A DNA stretch of 64,000 bases from positions 266,766 to 330,765 of the forward strand of contig CAWGHH010000002.1 in assembly GCA_963822405.1 (NCBI GenBank), given 5' to 3'. This document shows positions 1 to 8,558 of this stretch, piece after piece. The translations under genes were made by a program, and so were the position numbers. The stretch is from Candidatus Uhrbacteria bacterium (lineage in GTDB: Bacteria > Patescibacteriota > Patescibacteriia > UBA9934). Each line of letters begins with the position of its first letter. The first letter of the stretch is position 1. The notes beneath the pieces are model-generated. The model did not search any database, was not told the DNA's origin, and saw only the letters and a list, made by a program, of their open reading frames with translations.

Positions 1-488
1 AACAACATCTTTAGGGTCGTTTGATTGTCGTCGATAACGGCAACAACGGTCTGTCCATTCTCAGCAGTAGATTGTTTCTTTATGACAACTATATCTCCGT
101 CAAAAATTCCCTCATCCACCATACTATCGCCAACTACCCGAAGAGCGAAATGTTTTTTTGGATCTGGGATACTATTTCCAACTACCGATACAGTCTCGCT
201 ATGGTCAACGATCGCTTCAATAGGCTTACCGGCAGCGATCTTGCCAATGATAGGAATCTCAATGATGGAACTAGGTAGATTTTTCGGTGTAAGACTTCTA
301 GCTAGATTGTCATCTTTCGATAAATATCCCTTTTCTATAAGCGCATGAATATGCTCATGCACAGTGGAAACGGCTTTAAGACCAAATTTGTTCCGCGTTT
401 CTTCGATAGTAGGAGAGATTCCGTTATCATTGATATACAATTTAACAAAATCAAATATTTCCTTCTGTTTCTTGGTTAGGGACGGCAT
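1..488 (-). CDS. lexA: LexA repressor, partial (C-terminus cut by window start)
   Basis: Minus-strand translation from ATG at 486-488: MPSLTKKQKEIFDFVKLYINDNGISPTIEETRNKFGLKAVSTVHEHIHALIEKGYL... (winged-HTH). S24 peptidase motifs VVGDSMVDEGIFDGDIVVI (catalytic Ser) and QTTLKML (Lys). ORF is open at the window edge, so it is absent from the M-to-stop track. Confidence 0.8.
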   Translation of the reverse strand, partial: MPSLTKKQKEIFDFVKLYINDNGISPTIEETRNKFGLKAVSTVHEHIHALIEKGYLSKDDNLARSLTPKNLPSSIIEIPIIGKIAAGKPIEAIVDHSETVSVVGNSIPDPKKHFALRVVGDSMVDEGIFDGDIVVIKKQSTAENGQTVVAVIDDNQTTLKML

Positions 489-676
489 AGTTTATTGAAA
501 ATTCTATTTCGCTGCATTTGCAGTATACCCGAAAAGAAACCGAAACTTGCAGCTTTTCCACAGACGATACAACAGAACCCTTCCGCATGATGCGTTGAGG
601 CTTTGTTGTGATGACGATGGTTTAACGAGAACCGTGATCATGGTACGATAAATTTATAACTATCCATGAAGATAAT

Positions 677-838
677 ATGGCAATCTTTACGCACAAGCGA
701 TTGTTTTGGTTTTTCCTGGTTTTGGGAATGATCGGTTTATTGGAGAATGGCAGTGTGGGGCGTGTTATTCCGACGGTTGACAGCGGTATTGTTTCAATAA
801 TTATAGCTATGCCTTTCATGTATATTTTTGGTTCGTGA
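677..838 (+). CDS. Small hydrophobic protein, 53 aa
   Basis: ATG 677 to TGA 838, below track cutoff. MAIFTHKRLFWFFLVLGMIGLLENGSVGRVIPTVDSGIVSIIIAMPFMYIFGS has two predicted TM segments. Divergent from lexA, in an AT-rich stretch. Confidence 0.3.
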   Translation: MAIFTHKRLFWFFLVLGMIGLLENGSVGRVIPTVDSGIVSIIIAMPFMYIFGS

Positions 839-954
839 CATAGCCGCCACAATTGGTGTTTTGGTGAACATCCTTTTAAGCTTCTCGATTATTTGGTTGG
901 GTATAGCTTGGTATGAGTATTACCGGATGAAAAAACAGACCAAAACTTAGTACT

Positions 955-1203
955 ATGTCCAATTTTTGGGAAATATTAAAGAAACTCTGGTATAGACTTG
1001 GAGCTCTAGCTATCGCGTCCATGATTGTGGCTGGATTTTTAACATTCGGTGGATATGGCTGTGTATCAGATGACCCGATTTATGGTCAATCTAATTGCGA
1101 GGGTTACCACGAAGGGACGCCGCTTCAATTCCTAACACGGTCATTTGGTTTCTATGTATTCGGATATTTCTCATACCTCCTGCTTAATCAAAAGGACGAA
1201 TAA
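955..1203 (+). CDS. Small membrane protein with Cys/His motif, 82 aa
   Basis: Track ORF. TM segment LGALAIASMIVAGFLTFGG, then GYGCVSDDPIYGQSNCEGYHEG. Same-strand cluster with 4-31 nt gaps. Confidence 0.4.
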   Translation: MSNFWEILKKLWYRLGALAIASMIVAGFLTFGGYGCVSDDPIYGQSNCEGYHEGTPLQFLTRSFGFYVFGYFSYLLLNQKDE

Positions 1204-1214
1204 TATATTTAGGT

Positions 1215-1856
1215 ATGGCCATTTATACACCACGAGGCTTAAAAATTAGGATCAAAACTGATCATGCGTTTGCGTTGTTGGCGAGAATATATCCCCAAAC
1301 CTCCGCATTCCAGGTATTAAAAACAACGGAAGGAATTGAACTAATTCCGGCTTTCCTCGGTGTGGTAGCTGGTATCGTTAGTTTTGTATTCGGGGCATCA
1401 AATTTAGAAATTCTATTGTTGGCAAGTGCGGTTACAGTTATTGGTTCCGCAATGAATATGTTTGGGTTTTTCATCCCCGGAATTGTTTGGCTCACGACAA
1501 TTTATAGCTACCTTTCGGGTTATGGGATTTATTTTATTTCTATTGTCATCATCGGTTTAATCACGGTTGGATGGCAAGGAACCGCCTGTTATTTTCTAGG
1601 TAGACTGATAGGAATGGGATTAAGTCTATTGGTGGGCACTATAAACATGAAGCGCGTTTACAATAAGACAGGCATTGTACTTTCACAATCCGAAATAAAT
1701 TTCTTTAACGCCTATCGCATTTACGCTCGACGACAAAAAACCAGCGAAAACCAAACACCATCCGAAGAAGAGCTACAGATGAACAATTGGAGCCCATGTT
1801 TAGAGCATCTTGTGACGAATTGGCCTCAAGTAGTAGCGCGATTTACGGATGATTAA
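1215..1856 (+). CDS. Polytopic membrane protein, 213 aa, unknown function
   Basis: Track ORF with 4-5 hydrophobic helices (GVVAGIVSFVFGASNLEILLLASAVTVIGSAMNMFGFFIPGIVWLTTIY...). 11 nt after the previous gene. Confidence 0.5.
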   Translation: MAIYTPRGLKIRIKTDHAFALLARIYPQTSAFQVLKTTEGIELIPAFLGVVAGIVSFVFGASNLEILLLASAVTVIGSAMNMFGFFIPGIVWLTTIYSYLSGYGIYFISIVIIGLITVGWQGTACYFLGRLIGMGLSLLVGTINMKRVYNKTGIVLSQSEINFFNAYRIYARRQKTSENQTPSEEELQMNNWSPCLEHLVTNWPQVVARFTDD

Positions 1857-1862
1857 TCAATT

Positions 1863-2066
1863 TTGCTTCTTACTATGCAACTAACAAAGAGACGGCGGTA
1901 CGTACTACAGGCAATTGTTGGATTTCTGATATTGATCGTGGCAAACAGAATTGACAGCTTATTCGACGGCGATAATTTTGCAGTGTCTACAGTTGTGGCA
2001 TTATTAAACATCACCGGTATCATCTGTCTATTAATGGGAATCTCAAAAGGTGTCAGCAAGCAGTAA
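1863..2066 (+). CDS. Small membrane protein, 67 aa
   Basis: Track ORF with two hydrophobic segments (LQAIVGFLILIVA; VVALLNITGIICLLMGI). 6 nt after the previous gene. Confidence 0.4.
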   Translation: MLLTMQLTKRRRYVLQAIVGFLILIVANRIDSLFDGDNFAVSTVVALLNITGIICLLMGISKGVSKQ

Positions 2067-2096
2067 TACGCTCACTTTTACTATTCATTCATTTTT

Positions 2097-2336
2097 ATGA
2101 AAATACTTCTATCCATTCTCGGCCTGGTGCTTCTCACCGGATCAGGATGTCTTGCTGAGGAGGATTATTCTGGTGGCGAAGACTTCAACGGCTATCCTTG
2201 CACAGAAGATTGTAGTGGGCACGAGGCTGGATATTCGTGGGCGGAAGATAACGACATCGACGATATCGATAACTGCGAAGGAAAGTCAGATTCATTTATT
2301 GAGGGTTGTCAATCGTACGTTGAAGAAAATTACTAA
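2097..2336 (+). CDS. Secreted or lipid-anchored acidic Cys-rich small protein, 79 aa
   Basis: Signal peptide MKILLSILGLVLLTGSGC, then a D/E-rich mature part with 5 Cys (YPCTEDCSGHEAGY...DNCEGKSDSFIEGCQSY). Strong terminator follows. Confidence 0.5.
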   Translation: MKILLSILGLVLLTGSGCLAEEDYSGGEDFNGYPCTEDCSGHEAGYSWAEDNDIDDIDNCEGKSDSFIEGCQSYVEENY

Positions 2337-2342
2337 TTAAGA

Positions 2343-2379
2343 AGAGCCCCTTCGCATACTGCGTTGGGGCTCTTTTTGG
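2343..2379 (+). terminator. Rho-independent terminator
   Basis: agagcccc...ggggctct stem followed by TTTTTGG. Confidence 0.6.
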
Positions 2380-2389
2380 TGACGTGGAC

Positions 2390-2728
2390 TCACGGGGCGT
2401 TCTCACGGACCAGACGGGCGACGACCACGGCCGCTACTCGACGACAGGCATCAATGAACCGTTGGATAGAGCGTGGGAGAACATGGTCATAGTCCTCGCG
2501 CGGCAGAATGAGAGAACGCCGCTGGGAGGTAATTCTGTCCTCGACCAGCTGAACCACGAGTTGGTTAGCGTCGTTCATACCGTAGTAGATCAGCAGAGTC
2601 TGTTCTGCGTCTTCAAGGTCACCGGTGATGTCTACAACCTTGAGCGTCACGGCTTCACCGCCGTTCGCATCCTTCATGACTTCCTCATATTCCCCTGACC
2701 CAAGTACATCGGCCAAAACTCCCTCCAC
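2390..2728 (-). CDS. Hypothetical protein, 112 aa, GC-rich
   Basis: Track ORF MEGVLADVLGSGEYEEVMKDANGGEAVTLKVVDITGDLED.... Local GC is clearly above neighbours. No family recognised. Confidence 0.3.
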   Translation of the reverse strand: MEGVLADVLGSGEYEEVMKDANGGEAVTLKVVDITGDLEDAEQTLLIYYGMNDANQLVVQLVEDRITSQRRSLILPREDYDHVLPRSIQRFIDACRRVAAVVVARLVRENAP

Positions 2729-2869
2729 ACCCCCTCTAGTTGAGAAGGCCTACAATGAGGTTACAATAGGCGGACTAACTGGGCAACCCGGTGGCTCTAA
2801 ACGAAAAAGCCCCCAGTACGGACGTATCCGTACAAGGGCCTCTTTCATAGTGATGGTAGGATACCATAC

Positions 2870-2985
2870 AGTTTTGTCATTGCGAGGGATCTCCGTAGCT
2901 TCGAGCGAAGGAGATGCCCGAAGCAACCTCACGAGATTGCTTCGACTCAAACGATTACGTTTGGTCTCGCAAAGACTGAAATACT
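2870..2985 (+). repeat. Structured interspersed repeat, copy A (cloverleaf-like, about 110 nt)
   Basis: gtcattgcgagggatctccgtagcttcgagcgaaggagatgcccgaagcaacctcacgagattgcttcgac...tggtctcgcaaagac. Near-identical to 14676-14783 except the third hairpin. Terminal inverted repeat gtcattgcgag / ctcgcaaagac. Ends 17 nt before the uvrD start. Confidence 0.6.
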
Positions 2986-3001
2986 AATCACCAGCAATTG
3001 T

Positions 3002-5932
3002 ATGTCTGATCTTCTCGAAGGCCTGAACCCAGAACAACTCGCGGCCGTGACCCATGGCGAAGGTCCGCTCATGATTATTGCGGGGGCGGGAACGGGGAAG
3101 ACAAAGGTGGTGACCACGCGCATTGCGTGGTTGATTGACCAGAAACTCGCCGAGCCGAATGACATTCTCGCGCTGACGTTTACTGACAAGGCAGCGAATG
3201 AAATGGAGGAACGAGTCGACCGTCTTTTGCCGATGGGTTATCTCGATCTCAACATTTCCACCTTTCACTCTTTTTGCGAAAAGGTTTTGCGTGAACATGG
3301 AATTCATATTGGTATTCCGTCGGACTTCAAGTTGTATACCGAGGTTGATTGTTGGTTGCTCATGCGTCGCAACCTTGATAGATTCGAGCTCGACTATTTC
3401 AAACCGCGTGGTTCGCCAACAAAATTCTTGCGACAACTACTTTCTCATTTTTCGAAGTGTAAGGACGAGGGTATCTCCCCCGAGAAATATTCTATTGCAG
3501 TTGAAGAACTCGCAAAGGTTTTGTCGAAGGGTCCAGCAATGCTCGACGAGGACAAGCTCGAAATACAAAAATGGCAGGAACTATCCGGCGCTTACGCCAT
3601 GTACGAGACACTCTTATCCGAACAGCACGCTATCGATTTCGGCGGCTTGCTTCTATTAGCGCTTGAGTTATTCAGAACTCGACCAAATGTCCTAGCGGAA
3701 TATCTCGCGCGATTCAAGTACGTTATTGTCGACGAGTTTCAAGACACAAACAGCATTCAATATGCGCTCGTCAAATTGTTAACTGGTCCAAAGCGCAATG
3801 TTACGGTCGTGGGCGACGACGATCAAGCAATCTACAAGTTTCGTGGCGCCGCCCTCGCCAATATTTTAGAGTTTAGAACTGACTACCCGGATACAGCGCG
3901 TGTTGTGCTTACCAGAAACTATAGAAGTGGCGCGACAATTCTCGACGCTGCACATAAACTTATTCAGACGAATAATCCTCATCGTTTAGAAGCGAGCGAA
4001 GGTTTATCAAAAAAACTACAATCGCAAATTGAACATGCAGGTCTCGTCCATCACCTTCACTGCGCAACAGCTGTCGAGGAAGTCGAATCCGTCATCAACG
4101 AAATTATTGCTAAGCACGAAAACGGGGAAGGGGACTGGAACGATTTTGTAATTCTCGCACGCTCGAATGATGCAGCTGATCCGTTTCTCGAAGCCCTTGA
4201 GCGAGTTGGCGTTCCGTATCACTTCGTGGCCATGTCTGGTTTGTACACGAAACCGATTATCCTAGACTCGATGGCTTACATGCGCGTAGTGTACGAGCCG
4301 TATAACTCGCCAGCGATGTATCGAATCCTGAGTCATCCTCGTCTCGGCCTCACCGAGTCCGATCTTTCAGCGTTAATGCAATATGTGCGCAAGAAAAATG
4401 GCGCAGCAATTATTGACGGCATGCGTTCGCTCGGTCAGGAAGCTGGAGTGTCACTCGATGGGTCAACTCGACTAAACGAGATTGTTCGAATTATCGAAAA
4501 CCTACGGGACAAAGCAAAGCGTTTGCCAGTCACCGAGCTGTTCGTTTCGGTTCTCAAAGATACCGGTCTACTCGGCGACATGCGAATCATGCCTGAAGCT
4601 GATCAGCAGGAAGTATTCCGACACCTAGAAGGTTTCCTGGCTCGCCTGAAGCGCTACGTTGTCGCCAGTCCGGACAATAAGCTGTTACCCGGCTTCTTAG
4701 AGGAGTTCGACGCTGAACGCGAGGCAGGGGAGGCTGGTGGTTTGAAGGCTGACACCGAGGAGGGGCCCGATGTCGTCAATGTCATGACTATTCACGCCGC
4801 GAAGGGCCTCGAGTTCAAATATGTGTTTGTGGTGAACATGATCGAGCAACGTTTCCCCTCAGTTTCGCGCTCCGACCAACTTCCTCTCCCCCCAACGCTC
4901 GTCCGCAAAGTCGATGCCGCTCTGGACGATCACGTCGCCGAGGAACGTCGTCTGTTCTATGTGGCCATGACTCGCGCTAAGCAGGGTTTGTATTTATGTT
5001 CGGCGGAAGATTACGGCGGTACTCGTAAGCGAAAACCGTCGAGGTTCCTCGCCGAGTTAGGTTACGAAGTGCAACCGACCGAAAAGAAAAAGAAAATGAG
5101 CACGGACGATATTCTCGATGAACGAGGCAAGATTGTAACCAGTTCCGGCGAGGCCGATATCAAATTGCCGACAAAATTCTCTTTCTCTCAAGTCGCCGCT
5201 TTCGGTTCATGTCCTCTCCAGTACAAGTACGCTCATATTCTCAAAATCCCGACGTTTGGCCGTCATCAGTTCAGCTTCGGCCAAAGCATGCACTTAACCC
5301 TTGAAAAGTTCGTCAAAGAAATGCTCCCCGCAGAATCAACAACCCTTTCTAGCCCTTTATTGCCCTTTCGAACCTTTCCTTCACTCCGTCAGCTTCTCGA
5401 TATGTACGCTGCATCATTCATCGACGAATGGTACCCAGATTCGAAGACTCGTGAACAGTATCGTCAGCAGGGCGTCGATTCTCTCACAGAGTTCCATCGT
5501 AAAGTGGTCGAGAATCAACCTAAGCCGATTATCCTTGAGGCCGGCTTCACTCTAAAGATCGGCGACATCTTGATGAAAGGACGTATCGACAGAATCGACG
5601 CGGTCGAAGGTGGCGTTGAGATTATCGACTACAAGACCGGCCGGTTCAAAGAAAAGCTGGATTGGGATGACCGTCGCCAGCTGATCTTGTACGCTCTGGC
5701 CGCTGAGCAATGTTTCAATCCGCCCCTCGTCGTCAAAGCGCTAACGTACTATTATGTTGAGACAAACGAAACGATGAGTTTTGCCCCAACTGACAAGGAC
5801 AAGGAAAAACTACTAGACGAGATCAAAGAAACCGTCGGCGCAATTAGAACGAGTACGTTCGAGCCGAAACCGGGACCATTTACTTGTAAGTATTGTGACT
5901 TTAAGGACATTTGCCCGTTTTCGCAACAATAA
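3002..5932 (+). CDS. UvrD/PcrA-family helicase fused to a C-terminal PD-(D/E)XK (RecB/Cas4/AddB-like) Fe-S nuclease domain
   Basis: 976 aa. Walker A AGAGTGKT, VDEFQDTN, VGDDDQAIYKFRGA and TRNYRSG helicase motifs. C-terminal nuclease core DRIDAVEGGVEIIDYKTG plus Cys cluster GSCPLQY...CKYCDFKDICPF. Confidence 0.85.
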   Translation: MSDLLEGLNPEQLAAVTHGEGPLMIIAGAGTGKTKVVTTRIAWLIDQKLAEPNDILALTFTDKAANEMEERVDRLLPMGYLDLNISTFHSFCEKVLREHGIHIGIPSDFKLYTEVDCWLLMRRNLDRFELDYFKPRGSPTKFLRQLLSHFSKCKDEGISPEKYSIAVEELAKVLSKGPAMLDEDKLEIQKWQELSGAYAMYETLLSEQHAIDFGGLLLLALELFRTRPNVLAEYLARFKYVIVDEFQDTNSIQYALVKLLTGPKRNVTVVGDDDQAIYKFRGAALANILEFRTDYPDTARVVLTRNYRSGATILDAAHKLIQTNNPHRLEASEGLSKKLQSQIEHAGLVHHLHCATAVEEVESVINEIIAKHENGEGDWNDFVILARSNDAADPFLEALERVGVPYHFVAMSGLYTKPIILDSMAYMRVVYEPYNSPAMYRILSHPRLGLTESDLSALMQYVRKKNGAAIIDGMRSLGQEAGVSLDGSTRLNEIVRIIENLRDKAKRLPVTELFVSVLKDTGLLGDMRIMPEADQQEVFRHLEGFLARLKRYVVASPDNKLLPGFLEEFDAEREAGEAGGLKADTEEGPDVVNVMTIHAAKGLEFKYVFVVNMIEQRFPSVSRSDQLPLPPTLVRKVDAALDDHVAEERRLFYVAMTRAKQGLYLCSAEDYGGTRKRKPSRFLAELGYEVQPTEKKKKMSTDDILDERGKIVTSSGEADIKLPTKFSFSQVAAFGSCPLQYKYAHILKIPTFGRHQFSFGQSMHLTLEKFVKEMLPAESTTLSSPLLPFRTFPSLRQLLDMYAASFIDEWYPDSKTREQYRQQGVDSLTEFHRKVVENQPKPIILEAGFTLKIGDILMKGRIDRIDAVEGGVEIIDYKTGRFKEKLDWDDRRQLILYALAAEQCFNPPLVVKALTYYYVETNETMSFAPTDKDKEKLLDEIKETVGAIRTSTFEPKPGPFTCKYCDFKDICPFSQQ

Positions 5933-5934
5933 CT

Positions 5935-6246
5935 ATGCGCACCTTCGGCAGTCTCACAGACTCGGTTCTCGCTCGCCATGGAATTGGCAAGCAGGTTTTG
6001 GCTGCGCAAGTTGTGCGGAAGGGGAATGAGAAACTGCTCGCCCTTATCCCACAGGAAATTCAACGCGACATAAAGGTTCTAAGCTATAAGGACAACGAGT
6101 TAACTATCGCGTGCCAAAACCCAACCGCGCGTTACGAGGCCGACGCTGTCGCGCCTAAGCTCGCACGCGCACTAGAGGAAGACTTCCCGTCGCTTTCTCT
6201 GGTTTGTGTGGCTAAGCTTCGTCCCGAGGCGTTTATGGATATATAA
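5935..6246 (+). CDS. Possible DUF721/DciA-like small protein
   Basis: Internal Met start MRTFGSLTDSVLARHGIGKQVLAAQVVRK...ELTIACQNPTARYEADAVAPKLARALEEDFP. Pattern is reminiscent of DUF721, weak. The track ORF starts earlier at 5911 and overlaps the uvrD end. Confidence 0.35.
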   Translation: MRTFGSLTDSVLARHGIGKQVLAAQVVRKGNEKLLALIPQEIQRDIKVLSYKDNELTIACQNPTARYEADAVAPKLARALEEDFPSLSLVCVAKLRPEAFMDI

Positions 6247-6256
6247 TGCGGGTGCT

Positions 6257-6649
6257 ATGAACCTTCGACAGTACATCACCATCTTGGCTCTTGGCACCTT
6301 TGTCGCTCTAGCAGCGTGGGGTGTGACGTTAACGTCGATCGACCCATTCACCGCTGGCCCACTCGCGCTCGTCATCTTCTATGTCACACTCGGCAGCGGG
6401 CTTGTCGGCCTTCTCACGATTATCGGTACGGTTTTACGAGCAAGCCGTTTCCCCGAAGCCGGCGCAAGCGTGGCCGTTATTCGCTCATTCCGCCAGGGCG
6501 TATTTCTTAGTGGTTTAATTCTCGTTTCACTTGTTCTCATGAGCCTTGGGATGTTCTCGACGCCCGTCCTTCTTGTCATGATCGGTATCCTGGCGCTCCT
6601 TGAATTTTTCTTTCTCATTTTTCAAGACAGGAGAACGATTGAATCTTAG
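6257..6649 (+). CDS. Membrane protein, about 130 aa
   Basis: MNLRQYITILALGTFVALAAWGVTL... with 4 hydrophobic helices. Chosen start is internal to track ORF 6206. Confidence 0.45.
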   Translation: MNLRQYITILALGTFVALAAWGVTLTSIDPFTAGPLALVIFYVTLGSGLVGLLTIIGTVLRASRFPEAGASVAVIRSFRQGVFLSGLILVSLVLMSLGMFSTPVLLVMIGILALLEFFFLIFQDRRTIES

Positions 6650-6705
6650 CCACAGGCCTTCTTGTTCAGGATGCTAGGCCATGGTGAAATGCGAACGACC
6701 GAACT

Positions 6706-7746
6706 ATGTTTAGTCGAATTTTTGGGCGGTTTTCAAAGGATATTGCGATTGACCTGGGAACGTCTAATACCAGGGTTTTTGTGCGTGAGCGCGGCATCGT
6801 CATGCACGAGCCGTCGATTGTGGCGGTTAATACTCGAACAAATCACATTTTGGCGGTTGGGACATCGGCCAAAGACATGCTCGGCAAGACGCCACCGCAC
6901 ATTGTGACCACTCGACCACTTACAAAGGGTGTTATTTCGGACTTCGAGGTAACAGAAAAAATGTTGAAATATTTCGTCGACAAGGTTCACGAAGATACTT
7001 TTACTTTAGTACCTCGACCACGCATGGTGATGACCGTGCCACTTGAAATTACCGAAGTAGAACGCAAGGCGGTAGAAGATGCTGCTCTTTCGGCTGGCGC
7101 ACGTGAAGCATTTCTAGTCGAGGCACCACTCGCGGCCGCTATTGGTGCCGGCTTACCGGTCGAGGATTCCGTTGGCAGCATGATTGTGGACATTGGCGGG
7201 GGGACGACTGAAATCGCTGTTGTCGCGCTTGGCGGTATTGTCACATGGAAATCGCTAACGGTTGCTGGCGACGAGATGACGAAGAGTGTCACTCAATACG
7301 CCCGTGATGTTTTCAATTTATTAATTGGTGAACGAGTGGCGGAAGAAATTAAGTGGCGAATCGGCACAACGATGGATCTTGGTACGCCGATGGAAATGGA
7401 AATGCGTGGACGATATTTGATTAATGGATTGCCACGGCAAGTGATGGTCACCGACGCGCAAATTCGTGAGGCAATCTATCGCAATGTACAGATGATTGTT
7501 GAAAACATTAAAGCGACTATTGAGGTTACGCCTCCAGAAATTGTCGCCGATATTTATGAACGAGGCATCGTGCTTGCTGGTGGTGGGGCACTATTAAAAG
7601 GCATCGACAAAACCATCGCTAGAGAAACCGACATCCCAGTTCGGATTGCTGATGATCCATTGACTTGCACTGTTCGAGGTGCCGGCGCATTGCTTGATAG
7701 ACCTGAATTCTTGAAAGATATTTCTCTGCCCACTGCTAATAACTAG
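6706..7746 (+). CDS. mreB: Rod shape-determining protein MreB
   Basis: 346 aa. Actin-fold motifs IDLGTSNTRV, VDIGGGTTEIAV, LAGGGALLKGIDK. Confidence 0.95.
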   Translation: MFSRIFGRFSKDIAIDLGTSNTRVFVRERGIVMHEPSIVAVNTRTNHILAVGTSAKDMLGKTPPHIVTTRPLTKGVISDFEVTEKMLKYFVDKVHEDTFTLVPRPRMVMTVPLEITEVERKAVEDAALSAGAREAFLVEAPLAAAIGAGLPVEDSVGSMIVDIGGGTTEIAVVALGGIVTWKSLTVAGDEMTKSVTQYARDVFNLLIGERVAEEIKWRIGTTMDLGTPMEMEMRGRYLINGLPRQVMVTDAQIREAIYRNVQMIVENIKATIEVTPPEIVADIYERGIVLAGGGALLKGIDKTIARETDIPVRIADDPLTCTVRGAGALLDRPEFLKDISLPTANN

Positions 7747-7751
7747 CGCAT

Positions 7752-8555
7752 GTGATTGAGCAACCAACATTATGGTCTAGGTTGAAGCCTGTCGCCGTTT
7801 TCCTTGCGGCGATTTTGGTCTATTTTTTAGCTCAGCGTTTACCAGTAGTTGGCGGCGTACTTAGAGCAGGCGAGGGGACTTTGGCCAAAGCTGGGGCGGG
7901 AATAGCGAGAGCAGTTTCTAGATTCTTCGAATCTGAAAGCTCGCTCACAGTGAAACTCAAGGCGTGCACGGACGACAGAACCGCGCTCGCCCGCGATGCC
8001 GTTGAATTCGAAAAATTAAAAGATGAAAATGCTGAGCTACGAGAAGAACTTAAATACAAAGAGAGTGTTAGCGTGGGCGGAATGGCTGCTCGACTAATTG
8101 CCAGATCGTTACCAGAAGATCCAATGCGCGTAGTGATTGATAGGGGCAGCGCAGACGGCGTGAAAGATGGATCAATTGTAGTTGTAGGACAAGGTGTAGT
8201 ACTTGGTACTATTCATGACATTAATGAACACACTAGCGTAGTCACTCTTTTGACTGCGATTGATAGCAAAATCCCGGTAGCAATTATCGGGAAACAACGA
8301 ACCGTCGGTATTGCTGAAGGCAGAAACGGCGTAGTGATGACCATGAACTTCATTCCAAGAGATGCGGACGTTGCGCGGGGGGACATTGTTACCACAAGTG
8401 GGCTTGACGGACGCATTCCAGAGGGCTTATTGCTCGGCACCGTGACCGAAGTAATTGATTTACCAAGCGCCCCATTTAAGAGCGCTTTGCTCGAACCTTT
8501 TGCAGATCCGCTTGAATGGTCAGCTGTCCTTATTCTTCCGCCAGTTTCATCCTAA
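7752..8555 (+). CDS. mreC: Rod shape-determining protein MreC
   Basis: GTG start. N-terminal TM, coiled coil (KLKDENAELREELKYKE), C-terminal beta domain GDIVTTSGLDGRIPEGLLLGTV. Directly follows mreB. Confidence 0.85.
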   Translation: MIEQPTLWSRLKPVAVFLAAILVYFLAQRLPVVGGVLRAGEGTLAKAGAGIARAVSRFFESESSLTVKLKACTDDRTALARDAVEFEKLKDENAELREELKYKESVSVGGMAARLIARSLPEDPMRVVIDRGSADGVKDGSIVVVGQGVVLGTIHDINEHTSVVTLLTAIDSKIPVAIIGKQRTVGIAEGRNGVVMTMNFIPRDADVARGDIVTTSGLDGRIPEGLLLGTVTEVIDLPSAPFKSALLEPFADPLEWSAVLILPPVSS

Positions 8556-8558
8556 ATT

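Noticed and set aside
21-348. Plus-strand track ORFs 21-278 and 25-348
   Set aside because: They lie entirely antisense to the well-supported lexA reading frame and have low-complexity composition.
2625-2987. 120-aa plus-strand ORF and 66-aa minus-strand ORF over 2625-2987
   Set aside because: They are translations of the structured repeat and its flank, with biased S/T/P/R composition and no start context.
2984-3436. 150-aa minus-strand ORF inside uvrD; similarly 23528-23941, 23945-24298 and 24395-24887 inside clpB; 33587-33952 inside priA; 46433-46918 inside rpoA; 37168-37554 inside the ligase gene
   Set aside because: They are antisense shadows of high-confidence genes, Arg/Ser-rich, with no independent signals.
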